64,000 bases of DNA from Rhina ancylostomus (lineage: Eukaryota): positions 13,464,671-13,528,670 of the forward strand of contig JARFYF010000112.1 in assembly GCA_030265395.1 (NCBI GenBank), written 5' to 3'. The position numbers were made by a program, and so were the translations under genes. How positions within the stretch are numbered: position 1 is the first letter of the stretch; every line of letters starts with the position of its first letter. The notes under the pieces are model-generated. The model worked only from the letters and a program-made list of their open reading frames with translations, made no database searches and was not told the origin of the DNA. Below are positions 50,483 through 63,504 of this stretch, in pieces.

Positions 50483-51214
50483 ATTTTAAAATAATTACTG
50501 TTGTAAAGAAGGCAATTATGTTTGCCAATTTGGACTCAAAAAGAGGCATTGAGACAAATGACCAGCTAATCTATACAACTGTATTGCGAAGTGACGATTA
50601 TCAACTAGTATATCAAATGAACTCCTTTGCTCTTCTTCAAATATTCCCATAGAATCTTTGACAGTTACCTTTCTTGAGTTAAATAGACTCTCTTCCTCTA
50701 TCTTGAAATCTGGCAAAAGTTTGTCAATCTCTCATTGTAACTCTGGAGCATTCTCTGAGAAATGCATAAATGATTGAAAATTGTTGTTTACATCATATTA
50801 CTGGAGGTATCCTAGTCTTCCATCAGATGCCTGATGACACACTGGCATACCACCAGCAGAATTTCAGGAAAAGGATTGTAATTTAATCTCTTTGGTATCA
50901 TTACGTGTAGTTAAATTGTAATGATCTCTTCCAACTAAATAAAGACCAGAATGTTTGTTTTCATTCCCATCACAATCTCCATTCTTTCCTTAGCCATTGA
51001 TTCGATCCCACCCTGACAATCTTCATATTGCATTTGACCACAAAGTGAGTTTGGGACCACATACTCCCGCTCTCAATAAGATTGTCCATTTCTGTGACAT
51101 CATCAAACTCTGCCACTGACCCACATAATATGCTGCTGAGAACCTCATCCTTATCTTCATTACCTCTAGACTTGATTATTCCAACACAGTCCTGGCTAGC
51201 CTCCCTTGTTCCAC

Positions 51215-51350
51215 TCAGAGGTAGAAGAAAATCAAAGCTGAGAGGAAGTGTCCTGGTGGAGAGTGGCATGAGGAAGGGATTGCAGGAAGAGGATACAGCT
51301 GACCAAAGAGTATGGAGAGCCAGAGTCACAAATAGTGAGAGATGGAGAAG
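51215..51350 (+). mobile_element. RTE-type LINE C-terminal remnant, preceded by an L2-like fragment at ~50960-51210
   Basis: RGRRKSKLR...VESGMRKGLQEEDTADQRVWRARV resembles the RTE ORF end (RGRP..RW...V..DM...EEDA.DR..WR). Confidence 0.5.
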
Positions 51351-52704
51351 AAATGAAATAGGTTGGAACAGGTGGTGGGGGGAACAGATTCATGCTGGAA
51401 AAAATCACTACCACTGATAGCTAAGGATTCAGCCGCCAAGATCCCAGATCGGATTCTCCTACTCCATGTATTATGTACTAAAACTTTCCCACTCTTGTAT
51501 CATCCAATATCATTATGTATTGCTGGCTAACATGGCAGTTTCTTCCAGATGCCTCACTAGCAAATTGCAGTGCCAGCCTATTGCTGCCAACAAGGTATCT
51601 GCCAATAGTTTGACTGCAAGAAGAAAGGATAAAACATTTCAGTTCTCTGCACAACTACATTGTAAAGAGAAGAGGCGTTTATACTTAGAATGATACCAGC
51701 AGTAATGCAAAGGGACAATGAGAACCATCTAGTTTCACATTGGGACCTTGTAATTGCATAGGGCACATAAATCCATTTGCAGCACACTGTGAACTTGACA
51801 CTTGCTTGGCACACATGTCCTGCAGGATTGTACAATGAGAAAACGTACGTGTCAAAAATGCTGAAGGGCACTTAGTACATTAGGTTTGTGTTAAAGTCCA
51901 CAGAGACTGATGAATTATGCAGCAGGTTGAAACTTAATTATTGAGAACGTTTATAGGTCCTGGCTGAGGCAAGAACGAACTGCTGAGAGCAAGTCAAAGG
52001 TATGTCAAATGTCTAAGAGTACAGTTAACATGCTTCAGAAAGGAAAATAATTGAAGTATTATATAAACAAACAACAACTTGCATTTAATTAACACAGTAT
52101 CATAAATATTTTCACAAGAATGATGTCAAAAAATGTTGATTTTGTCACAAGGAGAAATTAGGGCAGATGGGCTTGTTGAAAGTGGTAGGTTATCAGAACT
52201 GGAACTAGGCCCTCCGACATCTGGTGTATCAGGACTAAATGGACGATAAAGTCCTTTTGGAAACTTGTTGATAAACATTAATAACGATTTATATATTAGA
52301 AGCTTCAATAACCTTTGGAGGCAATAGAAATTTTCCAAAATATTTCCAAAGGAAATTATATTAATGGAATCTTCAAAATATAGGTAACACCAACAGTCTA
52401 TGATAGAACAAGTTTGAAAGGTCCCTCTTCACTTGGTACCTGTGTCCTCTGAGGACTTGCACTACTCTGATGATTTTCTCCCAGTCAAAAAAGTAACATT
52501 TCCAGTTATCTAGTGCTATTCTTGTGCCCTCAGAGAAAAATGCCTAACTCAGGGCAACATTATGCTGATTTCTGGAATCTTTTGATGGACATTTGCGTAC
52601 TTGGAACTGGATTGAGATGCCTTGAGAGTTGTTCTAAATGGACCTCTTCCTAATTAATAGAGTCAGAGTATTTAAACGAAGATTCTGGGCCAAAGGGTAC
52701 AATC

Positions 52705-52800
52705 AAATGGTCTTTGACCTAAAAGATAAACTCTCTTTCTTTCCAGAGATGATGCTTGAAATGCTGAGTATTTTCAATACTTTTTGATTTTATTCCCAAT
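52705..52800 (+). mobile_element. Penelope-like terminus, decayed
   Basis: ttgacctaaaagataaactctctttctttccagagatgatgcttgaaatgctgagtattttcaatacttttt. Confidence 0.55.
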
Positions 52801-53044
52801 TAACTGTAGCACTTCACCATTAAGACTCACAGGATGCTTAAAAGATGTAAAAATATTTTGTGCCACTGTGGCTTACCTGCTGAAGAGGTTGAGTCACTAA
52901 AAGTCATTTAATTTCTGTGTCAATATGCATTATTTTATTAATGCTGCTTTTGTCTCATCTTACCAAACATTAAAGATACAAACTTGAATGAAGAATAGTA
53001 TTAAAACATTCAGTATTCTGTATATTTGCCATCTAGTCATTTGC

Positions 53045-54300
53045 AGCTTATGGTTAGGGAAACGATATTTTTTAGCAGATTATGCCTCTTGAATTCTCTA
53101 CCCTGAAGGATTGTGGAGGCTAGATCATTAGGGGTTGTTGAAAAGGAGGTAGATAAATTTTTGAAAGATTGGGGAATTGAGGGCATTGGGAACCTGGAAC
53201 GGAAGAGGAAATAGAGCTTGGGGCAGACCAGCCATGATCATATTAAATGGTGAGGTAGGCTTGAGGGGCCAGGTGATCTACTCCATCTCCTATACTTATA
53301 CGATCTTATGTTGATACAGTTACAACTATACTATCACCAGGACATCTCATACTGCATCAGATCCTTGAGGTCCCAAGCTTCAGTGTGAAATTTTAATAAG
53401 GACAAGGAAAAATCTTCAAGACCCCAATTAAAACAACAACTTGCATTGCTATAGCGCATTTTGCTGTGGTAAATCATCCCCTGGTGCCAAATAAAGTTCA
53501 ACAATAAGCCATATAAGGAGATATTAGGTTAGGTGGCCAGAAAGTTAGGACAAAGGGGTAGGAGCATCTTAAAGATCAAAAGAGAGAAAGAGAGATGGAA
53601 AGGTTTAAGGGTGCAATTCTAAACAAGCAACTGAAGGTATAACTGTCAATGTTGGAACAATTAAAACTGAAGATGAACAAGGCCAGAACTGGAAGAAGAG
53701 TAGATATTTCAGAAAGTTGGAAAACTGGAAGATAATAAATGGCTAGGTACTGTCCAAGTCATGGAAGGATTTGAAATCAAGGATAGGAATTTTAAAATTT
53801 GTTGTTTAACTATGAGTCAGTGTAAGTCATCAAGCACAATGATGATGTGTGAATGTGTGCAAATACTGAGAAGGGGAACAGAATTTCTGCTGAGTTTAAG
53901 CTTATACAGGATTGGAAACTGGCCAGGATTGTTGTACAATAGTTAAGTCCTGAGATAAAAATGACATGAATGAGGGGTTCACAAGTACATTTGAGTCCAA
54001 AGATGTTTGTAGATCATAATAGGTAAGAACAGAAGAGCATAAGAAACAGACATGAGTTAGTCTTCAGCCCTCATCCCTACTCTGCCATTCAATAAGATCA
54101 TAAATGATCTTTTACTTCAGTGCCAATTTCCTGTATTATCCCCATGTCCCCAGATTCTTTTAGTATCCAAAAATTTATTGATCTTGATCCTGACCCTCTG
54201 TGCCTCTTGGGTTAAGAAATTTCCAAAGATTCACCAGTGGGAGAAAAAAATTCTGTCTCTTTGTGCGAATGGCCAACTCCCTATTTTGAAACACTGACAG
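53045..54300. mobile_element. CR1 3' end (+, 53045-53312), L2-like fragment (-, 53430-53990), CR1 tail (-, 54025-54300)
   Basis: gaattctctaccctgaaggattgtggaggc...cagccatgatcatattaaatgg; aacaacaacttgcattgctatagc...ggagcatcttaaag; ctctgccattcaataagatcat. Confidence 0.7.
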
Positions 54301-56179
54301 GTATGAGGTTGGAAGCTCATGATGAACAGACCAGTCCAGCTTCTGCCAGGGAGAAGGATGGGGTCAGTAGTTCAACAAAGTTTGTGAGGAGATCTGATCA
54401 TGGATTATTGCTGCCACAGACTCTACAAAGATGGCAGGAACTAAAGCCTTGCCTAGCAACCAGCCTGATCATCAGAGACATTTGGAAACAGTTATTTTTT
54501 TAAACATTTTTTTGAAAGGATAACTGTGCTTAAAAACATAAAACTACTGTTAATTAATTAAGACCACAAATATACAATGAAATAAAGAAAAGTAAACAAA
54601 AAAAACGTACATTTTTAATGAAGGTCAGCAGTTTTATTTAGATGAATGGGCCCGACTAGATTTGCCAACTACAGCAGGTATAAATTTAAGGGGTCAGGTA
54701 TTAAGTGTATCCTAGCCTCTCACTCAGCAACTTACAGAATGACCCTCGCCTCGACAATGAGTCCAGGGGTGGAGGGAGAGGTCAGAAGAAAGCACATCAA
54801 ACAGAAGTTCAGTGGGTGCTGTTGTACTCACTCTAGCCATCAACACAATCCAGCCAATAGCTTTAAGTTTCCCAGAATTTGTGGAACAAGTTTCATCCAG
54901 TACTAGGGTGCTGCGTAAGAAGTCCAACAATTTCAACACTGTGGAGCTGTCAAGGAGTGCTGGATTTCTTCAGCACATAAGGAATATCTGGCACTGTGAT
55001 GTTGGCAAGGTACATTCATAAATACAGCAGGGAAACTTGCAAGGTCTATTATCATGCTGCTTTTCCCCTTTAAAATGTAAATTTTAGATGAGAGATTTTT
55101 ATTACTGAAAAATAACATTCAAAGTTCAGAGTGATATGAAACATTACTAAAATATATTGCTGTATAAATACATTCAATGCAAATGGAGATTTATAAATAG
55201 CTGAATACCAGCTAGTCCATTCATCAAGGAGGAGACACCAGCTGTGTGGACTGCACCTGATTGATTGTCTATTGATCAAAGTTGTCTGTTACATTAGATA
55301 TTTCTTAAGATGTTGCAAGCTTACTTGTCTTGCAACCAAGTTTCATGTTTGGATATTTGCCTGTTTCTTTCCTGTTAGGTAAACAGTAACCGACAACCTA
55401 AAGCCAATGGGTGGCTCACCGGACTCCTCTGTTATTGCAACATTGCACCATATGTGGAAAGATAGATTTACTGCATTCCTACAATTTTGTTTCAGTCTAG
55501 ATTTCCAGCAACAAGGATCAATAAGAGATTCAAACTGAAAGCACCAGAGTAGGGAATTTATTCCTTGTGCATGAGGCACAACTGAATTAAAAAGATCTTA
55601 TTGAATATGTTTCTTTCTGCAGCACAGATTTACAGCATGTTATCAGGCAGCACTGAAGTGTTCAGATGGTGTCATGAACCATGAGAACAAAGCTTGCATG
55701 GTTTGTAAACCTCCCCTGAACTTGGAATGAGATTATGTCCTTGAAGGATATTCCATTTGATGTTGGTTCACATAACACATAGAAGCAGTGTCCACAGGGG
55801 CAGGTCGCTGCTGTGCTTTTTATGTTTCTCAGCAGCATGTATTGCACTGGACAGTAACAGACTGCAAGACCCCGCAAATGAATCATGCACTTTGAACTGC
55901 TCAGATAAGTAAGACTAACTTCATTGATTTTTGCCAAGAAATTCTACAATTACTGCACCTACAGAACTGCAATACATAAAATTAAATGCATAATATCAAC
56001 AAAACTGTGAAGTCTTCAGTGACAGGACAATTAGACAAAATGACAGTTAGAGGTCAAAGAACATATCTTGCAACAAGGGAGCAAAACATTGAGACAAGAC
56101 TTTACATGAAGAGATTATTGTGTGAGGAGTTCTAAAATTTTACAGAAAGAGTATGAAATAAAATGAAGGGAAATAGGAT

Positions 56180-56530
56180 GGTGACTGGCCTAGTATCCAG
56201 AGGCCTGAAGTATTGATCTGAGGTTATGGGTTCAAAACCTGCCATGGCAGCTGTGGGGCTTAAATTCAGGCAATTAAATAAAATCTGGAGTAAAATGTCA
56301 GTATTGGTTGTGGTGAGAATGGAACTACAGGATTGTCATTAAAACCCATCTGGTTTGCTATCGTCCTTCAGGAAAGGAAATCTTTCATGCTTGCACCTTA
56401 TGCCTATATGTGACTCAAGACTGACCAATGTAGCTGACTCAGTTTCCATTTCATTAGCAAGCCTCTCAGTTAAGGGCAATTAGGGATGGACAATAAATGC
56501 TGGCCTCCCCAGTGACATTCAGTCCATCTG
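56180..56530 (+). mobile_element. tRNA-derived SINE, second family
   Basis: actggcctagtatccagaggcc...atgggttcaaaacctgccatggcagctg...aaaacccatctggtt...aagggcaattagggatggacaataaatgctggcctccccagtgac. Confidence 0.75.
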
Positions 56531-57960
56531 ATATATGCTGGGATTTAGACTTCTTGCAAGCTTGTTGCAACTGCACAGGGCTTTGATGATACCACACCTT
56601 GTATATCATGCATAGTTTTGCTCTTTTTATTTAAGGAAGGAAGCAATATAATTAAAGTTCTCTGGACTAGTTGAATGATGCATATAATTGAACAAAATAG
56701 TTCTGCTCACTCCACATAGAAAAAAGGTAAGCAGTCTTATTGAAACATTACATATTTTGAAGGGGTGTGACAGAATAGATGCAATTTTCCACTTGTGGGG
56801 GAAATCTAAAACTGAGAGGCATGGTCTCAGGATAAGGGGGTGGCCACTTAAGATGGAGAAAAGGACAGACTTCCTCTCTCAAAGAGCTGTGAACCTTTGC
56901 AATTCTCTACCCTTGAGCTGCGGATCATATTCAGATCTGGACTACAGAGAAATCAAGGCATGGGTTACAGGGATCAGGTAGGGAAATGGATTTGAGACCA
57001 AAAATTAGACTGGACAAAATCATACTAAATAGCAGAGCTTTTTTCTTCCCATCTTTCTTTATGTCGCCCCATTAATGTATCCAAGTCATTTTTCTCTCTC
57101 ATGTACCTGCTTGGCTTCCTCCTGACTGCAGTTATGAGATTTGCCTCAACCCTCCATGGGGTACCAAGTTCTGCATATTAACTATTTACTGGATAATTCC
57201 TTATTAAACTTATTAGCAACTATCTTAATTTTCAATGACCTCACACTGAAACCTCTGGGACTTCCANNNNNNNNNNNNNNNNNNNNNNNNNNNNNNNNNN
57301 NNNNNNNNNNNNNNNNNNNNNNNNNNNNNNNNNNNNNNNNNNNNNNNNNNNNNNNNNNNNNNNNNNCTTCCATTCTTTAATGTTACTGAAGAGACTACAA
57401 AGATGTCTATCTGGTTATTTAGTAATCTATTAGTTGCTTAAAACTTGCATGTACTTCAGCTCTTACATTTATTCCACAATTGACAGCCCAGCACTTAGAA
57501 TCAAAATACTTAAAATGCAGAGAAACTTTTTCCCAGAAATCCATATATCAATATTGGAATTAATTTTAACCCAGCACACCCAATGAAAAATCATTAGAAG
57601 GGCTGTTAAAATTAAACAAATAATTAATGAACTCAGATCCCAACCATGTGCAAGGTAAAACCAGCAGGGTTCTGTGGGTAGATGAGGTGACTATGAATGA
57701 GTAATCCTGTGACTTTACAACTGGACCAAAGTCTGTAGACAGAAGTTCTTCTGGTATATCTAACACTACCCGGTGAGGTATGTAGGGACGTAAGAAAATA
57801 GGAACAGGAATAGGCCACTCAGCCCCTCAAGTATGCTTGACCACGTGATGGCTGATCTGGCCCAGGGCTCATCTCCTCTTCTGTGCCACTTCCCCATAGC
57901 TCTCAATTCCCTGCTCTTTCAAAAATTCATCTACTTCCTCTTTAAATGCCTCAGGGATCA
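56530..57960. mobile_element. Several CR1 fragments (+ 56530-57065; - 57070-57266; - 57788-57950)
   Basis: LIETLHILKGCDRIDA...FLSQRAVNLCNSLP; gtaagaaaataggaacaggaataggccactcagcccctc tail. Confidence 0.75.
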
Positions 57961-58914
57961 ACCGTAGGAAACCAAATCATCACCCACTGGCAGCTTCTCT
58001 GTACCTTGTTTCCGTCTGTTCTACGCAGGAAGTGGACCAGCAGTACTAAAATGAAGCCCAGCAGTTATAATCACCATGACTGCTTGCAGTTTATACTGCA
58101 AATAAAATCAATTAGCTAAAGCAATTTCTTAATGAAAACCTTGCTGCTAATATCCAATTCAATGTATCTAAATCTAGCTGCCTCATCCTTCATTCTCAGC
58201 ATTATGTGCTTCCGACTTGAGAAGACACGAACAATGTAATTCCTGGAGTCAGAGGATACTTCTCAGGCACTAGTCTTTGAATCCAACAACCATTCAGACA
58301 GATCAAGGCCAGGAGTCTGATAGGATTAATATCACTGAGTTCAGTTGACTGGACAATTCATGACCGATAAAGGTACGAGTGGGTCATAGTCAGCCTCCTG
58401 GGTGAAGATGTTCATCACTTCACTGTGGGCTGTAACAGATTAAAGGTGTTAATGGATCAAACAAGATATCAGTATGTTTGCCAGACACCTTGAGTAGTGT
58501 CAACCCTCCTCATGTGTCACAATGTTACAAAGACTGCAGCATATTCAAGTGTCCATCACAATTGCCAAGCTTTCAATATACATTGGGGATTTGCACAGTC
58601 AAGCAGAAATTACATTGAATGCTGCTAAAATCAAGAAACTCATGAGAAATTGAACATCTCAGCAGAAAATTTCAATAACATCCATTGGCTTCTGATTATC
58701 TTTAATTCATTAATTACACACTGTACTTTTTGCCTCTGCATACTGGTGTTACTGGTCCTCAAAGTACACAGCAATACATTCCGCAGGGTTTGCTTAAACT
58801 CCTGTCATAACTTCTGTACAAGCTAATGTGAAGAGTCATTTCTCCATTTCCTTTAAGCCCATCTAACAAACAGGAACTTCACCCATACTCAGCTACATGC
58901 CTTCCTTTGAAATA

Positions 58915-59200
58915 CCACAGAAATATAGTCATCGTCTCAGGATAAGGAATTAGCAACATGGAACTTAAATAAGGAAGAATTTCTCACTTTGGAATCTTGG
59001 AATTAGACACAGAGTTCATGCTAGGTTATTGAGTGCATTCAAAACAGAGATTGCTATATAAGTAGATATCGAAGGAATCACTAAGTATTGGTCTTTGTGT
59101 TGAAAGTGGATGAGGTCAAGAACTGATTGTGATCTAATGGAATGTCACAGCTTGAGAGACAGTACAGCCAACTCCTGCTTCCATTTCTTATACTCCTCTG
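58915..59200 (+). mobile_element. CR1 3' end, decayed
   Basis: gtcatcgtctcaggataagg...attgagtgcattcaaaacagagattg...gatctaatggaatg...ccaactcctgcttccatttcttat. Confidence 0.65.
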
Positions 59201-59749
59201 TTTTGGCATTGGGGCAAGCATGTCACTTTGAACATCGGCCCAACCAATCCACGCCAGACTACAATCTGCCAACAGGAGCCGACAGCAGGCAGAAAGTTAG
59301 TCACAGGAAGTTCAGATAAATGATTTTTGAAAATATTTTCAGCATTTGGACCAGGACGAAGTTTTGGGACCAATACTCTAATAAGTTCTTAAAGGCTCAT
59401 GCACACATGTTGCAATAACTAAAAGCTTGGAAATGACACTGTGATTTTTCACATGTAGTCCAGCCTCCCATCTTATGTCTTTCACAAAAATTTCAACTGT
59501 CTGACTGCTTCATGTCAAAAATGTAGTTAGAAGAATCAGCCAAGTAATCGTCTTGCATCATACTTCAGTGGGTAGTGATGAAGGAAGCCACACAACACAT
59601 TCAGCTTATTCTTTAACCTACACCATAGCATCTAGGCCTGGAATAACCCGAGGTTTTGCCTGCACAACCTACCAAAAAGACCAAGTTGCATTTTTCATGT
59701 TATTCATTGACTCAATTTTGCTAGTGATTTCCCAATTAACAACGTTGTG

Positions 59750-60350
59750 CTGGCTCTGGTGGTACTTCTCTTGCTTTTGAGTCAGAGGTCATGAGTTCAT
59801 GAATGATTCTGGAGACTCAAGCAAAAAATTCTAAGCTGACACTTGGTGTGGTGGTGTACTGATGGAAGTGCTATCTTTCAAATGAGATGTGAAACTGAGG
59901 CACCTGCCTACTTTCTCAGTAGAAGTGAAAGACTCATGACGTTATATCAAGGCAGTGCTGGCTGATATTGATCCTTCAGCCAACATTACTAAAGTTGCAT
60001 TATCTGGTCCGATTTCCACATTTCTTTACAACATTTTAAGGAGTCCATTTAGGCCCACTGAATCCATGTCAGCCCACAGAGCAATCCCATTCCCCACCAA
60101 ATTTCTCTATTCTCCCTACATTCCACCCCCCAGTATTCGAGCACACATCTGCACACTACAGACAACTTAGTGATTAAATAACATACCAACCTGTTACTGT
60201 TTGTGCAAGTTTGTTATATGTAAATTTGCTGTTGCTTTCCTGTTTTCTAGCACTGACCACACTTCCAAAGTACTCCTCTAACTTTCAAGCACTTTGTGAC
60301 TCGCTAAAAGGAATTTGAAAGCTCCACATAGAGGCAAAGTCTTTATTTTC
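59750..60350 (+). mobile_element. SacSINE1/Deu-SINE-like SINE with a nested minus-strand SINE/CR1 tail (~60035-60195)
   Basis: ggctctggtggtacttctcttgcttttgagtcagaggtcatgagttc head, ctttcaaatgagatgtgaaactgaggc core, ttcaaagcactttgtgac tail. Confidence 0.7.
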
Positions 60351-61589
60351 TGAAGCAGCCCTGAACTTTCTAATTCCTAGTTTATAGGTGGCCCTGAAGT
60401 CACAGGTTCAACTAAAGTACAGTATTGACATTTTAATGCTAATATATACTTTCCTCAAGTACTGTTTCACTTAGCAGCTGTCAAACGTGTTCGGTGCAGT
60501 GTCCCAGTTTTTCTAATATTTTCATTGACTCGATAACAATGTTAACTCAGTCATGATTTCTGTGTGAGAATGGCCAAGGCAGACAGCACACCTGGAAGTC
60601 AAGAATAAAGCAAAGGCCTTGGCCTCTTCATGGCAGAGGGTGGGTTGAGAACTGAAGCTGGGCAGAGGAAGGAGAGTCAGGACCAAGGCCTGGGAGAATG
60701 CTCGTCCTTGTGAAGATCTGGAGAACCATTCTGCTCCTCCTGGCCCATAATGATTCCATAGAAAAGCAAGCAAGACCAGCAGCAGCCACTTCAGTGAGGC
60801 AAAAGTGCCTGACACAGTTTACACATACAGTAGGAAGATTGGCCAGAGTGATTGACAGAGTTGTCTGATAGACAGAATTCATTTGATTACAACCTGATTC
60901 TACCACAGTGGAAAATCCCTTTCTGGTGGCCTGCCATTTACTGGTTGCCTTCAGATTGATCATCCTCATGCTTCTCTGCATCTGTAGATACCCAGATTTT
61001 TTTTTGTTGCTGCTGTGAAGAAAAATGTTATGGGAACAGCATGCTTGACAGTGATGCATGGGCTTATAAAAATATAAACTACTTGTGACATGGGCACTAT
61101 ATGTTATTTGCACCTGAACAGTTAAAATTTAAATATCTTAACGTCACTATTTATTCTTATTAAATCATCGCCATAAATCATCAGTCTTGCCCTTCAACCA
61201 CAGTTCCCCGAACATTGATTAAAACCATTTGTCTTCTGCATCACATTAGAAATTAGCCATGAGGAAAGCAAAGCCAATGTATGTGCTCTTTCTGGTAGAG
61301 TTTGCACTAACCATTTCAGAAATATGCTGCAAACTATCAGTGGCTTTTAGTTTTCAATCAGCTGCCTTGTTTTGGTAACAGCAACAAAAGCCTACAGTGT
61401 GATTGTAATAAACTGATGTTAATGACATTTCCTAATGTTATTTTAATAGTAAAGTAAGCAGGCCCAAAATGATGTGTAATTCATAGAATTGTACAATACA
61501 AGAGGCCACTTAATCCATCACAATGCTTCCAGCTCTTTGAAGGAGCTGTCTAATTGGTTCTATTTGCATTACCCTTATACAGTAGCTTT

Positions 61590-61980
61590 TGAAATAGTGC
61601 TCATTTGGCAATACTGTCGTCTCGGAACCAGAAGGAGCTCTGTTCAAGCCCTGCCTTTGAGACTTAAACACTAAAATCTAGGCTGGGGGAGCACTCATGA
61701 AGTTTCTGTCTTTATAAGGTGCTATGATGTTTTTTCAAGGGAATGCAACTTCAAGGCCCCAGTTTGGAGAAGGACAAAGGAATTTTCCCCTATGTTCTGG
61801 CCAACATATATGTCTCAAACAGATTATCTGGCAGTTGGTGTTTATGGAAGCTTGCTGTATGCAAGTTAGCTGTCAGTTTTGATGCAGTTCAATAGTGATT
61901 GTATTTCAAAACTATTTAACTGGTTGCAAAGAAGTTTAAGATGTTTTGAAAATCATAATATAAATGCTTATTTCTTTATT
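61590..61980 (+). mobile_element. SacSINE1/Deu-SINE-like SINE
   Basis: gctcatttggcaatactgtcgtctcggaaccagaagg...ttcaagccc...aaaatctaggctg...tgttctggccaacatat...acagattatctgg...gcttgctgtatgcaagttagctg. Confidence 0.7.
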
Positions 61981-62911
61981 GCTAGTCTCTAATCAATTCC
62001 CTGAGCTTAGATGAAAGCAGAGCAATATTAACATACTTTTGTTTGATGCCAAATTCATGTGGTAAGTTTTTCCAAAAGATAGAATTCATTAATAAACTGG
62101 GAGGAAATCATAGCTACTTAAAAACGATACCACCTCTTCTCGGACTGGCATTACCCTTCCCAGTGATCCATAAGGTTTGCAGAATGGTGGTTATGAGTGA
62201 AACAATTGCTGATGTCAATGAGAAGTAATCTGCTGGATAATGGTAAGAGCCTGGATTTATAAAATTCCTTTAATATGGGAAAACTTCCCAAAGTGCTTCA
62301 CAGAAGTGTGATAAAAAAAATTGATGCTGAGCAACATTAGGATCAGTGACTGAAACCTACATCAGTGCACTAGGCTGAGAATAGATTAGCTGTTCACTTT
62401 CCCTGTGATGTATTTTGGTCCTTCTCGCTGCCCACTGTGTAAACTGTGTTTCAAGTGGTTTCTTAAAGCCGCACAGGTGTTTACTACAGTTAATAAGAAT
62501 ATAATGAAAATGTAGCAGGTGGTTGTTAACTGTACCCTCCTTCCCATCTTCTGGATATCTTGACATTACACACTGGCCCCAATGAGAGAGAAGGCAGTGG
62601 CTTATTTCAAAGTCACTCAAATTCCTAGTTTTAAGTCAGCTGCTAGAAAGTATACAAAGGTCCTACAGCTGATAAATTCTTTGACTTTCTTTGGTTCTGT
62701 GTGAGAAATCTCTAAGCTCAGAAATCCACAAAAAGACAAGGACCCATGTCTTCATGATTATAACGATGGAGAAGAATTTTCTCTCCCACAATATCTATCC
62801 ATTGTATTTCCATCTTTACAGTTTGTTATTAATACAGGGTTATACAAAAAGAGTTAAATTTTATACTTTTTCCTCTTCAGCAAAAAATGAAGCAAAACAT
62901 CAGGAACTTAC

Positions 62912-63504
62912 TTGTGCAGGGAAAGAAATGGAAGAACCTTCCTTTCTAACTGGCCGTAGCAACTTGTCTTCGCTTCAGGAATGTATCCATATTGCTCCAT
63001 CATGGCGGAAGCTGCTGTCGTAATGATGCCAACAGCATCCGTCACCCTTTCAGTCAGGCTGTAGTCCCATTCATCGTATGACACAGAAATCAGCCCAGCT
63101 GGAAATTCCTCAGGTATGATGTCTGTGTTACCCGTAACCAAGCTGGGCACAATCCAGATGAAACCAAAGCCTGTAAGGCCCAGGGAACGGGCCTCCTCCA
63201 GTATGAAAACAGCTTCGTCTTTCGAACAGTACAACAGAATAACTGATGACTGTATTCTCTTCAGTTGGACTTGAGCCTTTGAATCCCCATCAACAGCATC
63301 TAATGTGATGGTGCTGAGAAGCTCCCAGCCCACAAAACTATTTTCAACTGTGGTTTTTAATACACTAATAAATTCGTGATATCCAGGGAAGGTGCTGGTT
63401 ACAATGGAGAACTCATGCCAGTCATATTCTTCCATGATATTTAGCATCACTCCAACCTGTTGTTGTATGGAAGCTCCAAACTGGAAGAATGTCGACTTTT
63501 GATC
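62912..63504 (-). CDS. GRIN2A: GluN2A exon (593 bp, equivalent to human exon 3), amino-terminal domain
   Basis: Acceptor ttatAG|GAT and donor CAC AA|GTAAGT. Translates [16 protein letters not shown]...[11 protein letters not shown]...[14 protein letters not shown]...EARSLGLTG...[11 protein letters not shown], matching GluN2A better than GluN2B. Length equals the human exon (593). Confidence 0.97.

Noticed and set aside
51908-51940. CTGATGA...GAAAC hammerhead-like spacing outside Penelope context
   Set aside because: Stem II pairs poorly and no stem I partner is visible. The CTGATGA hits at ~11774 and ~20227 lack GAAA.
60628-61113. 161-aa minus-strand ORF
   Set aside because: No recognisable domain; probably a decayed LINE remnant or chance.
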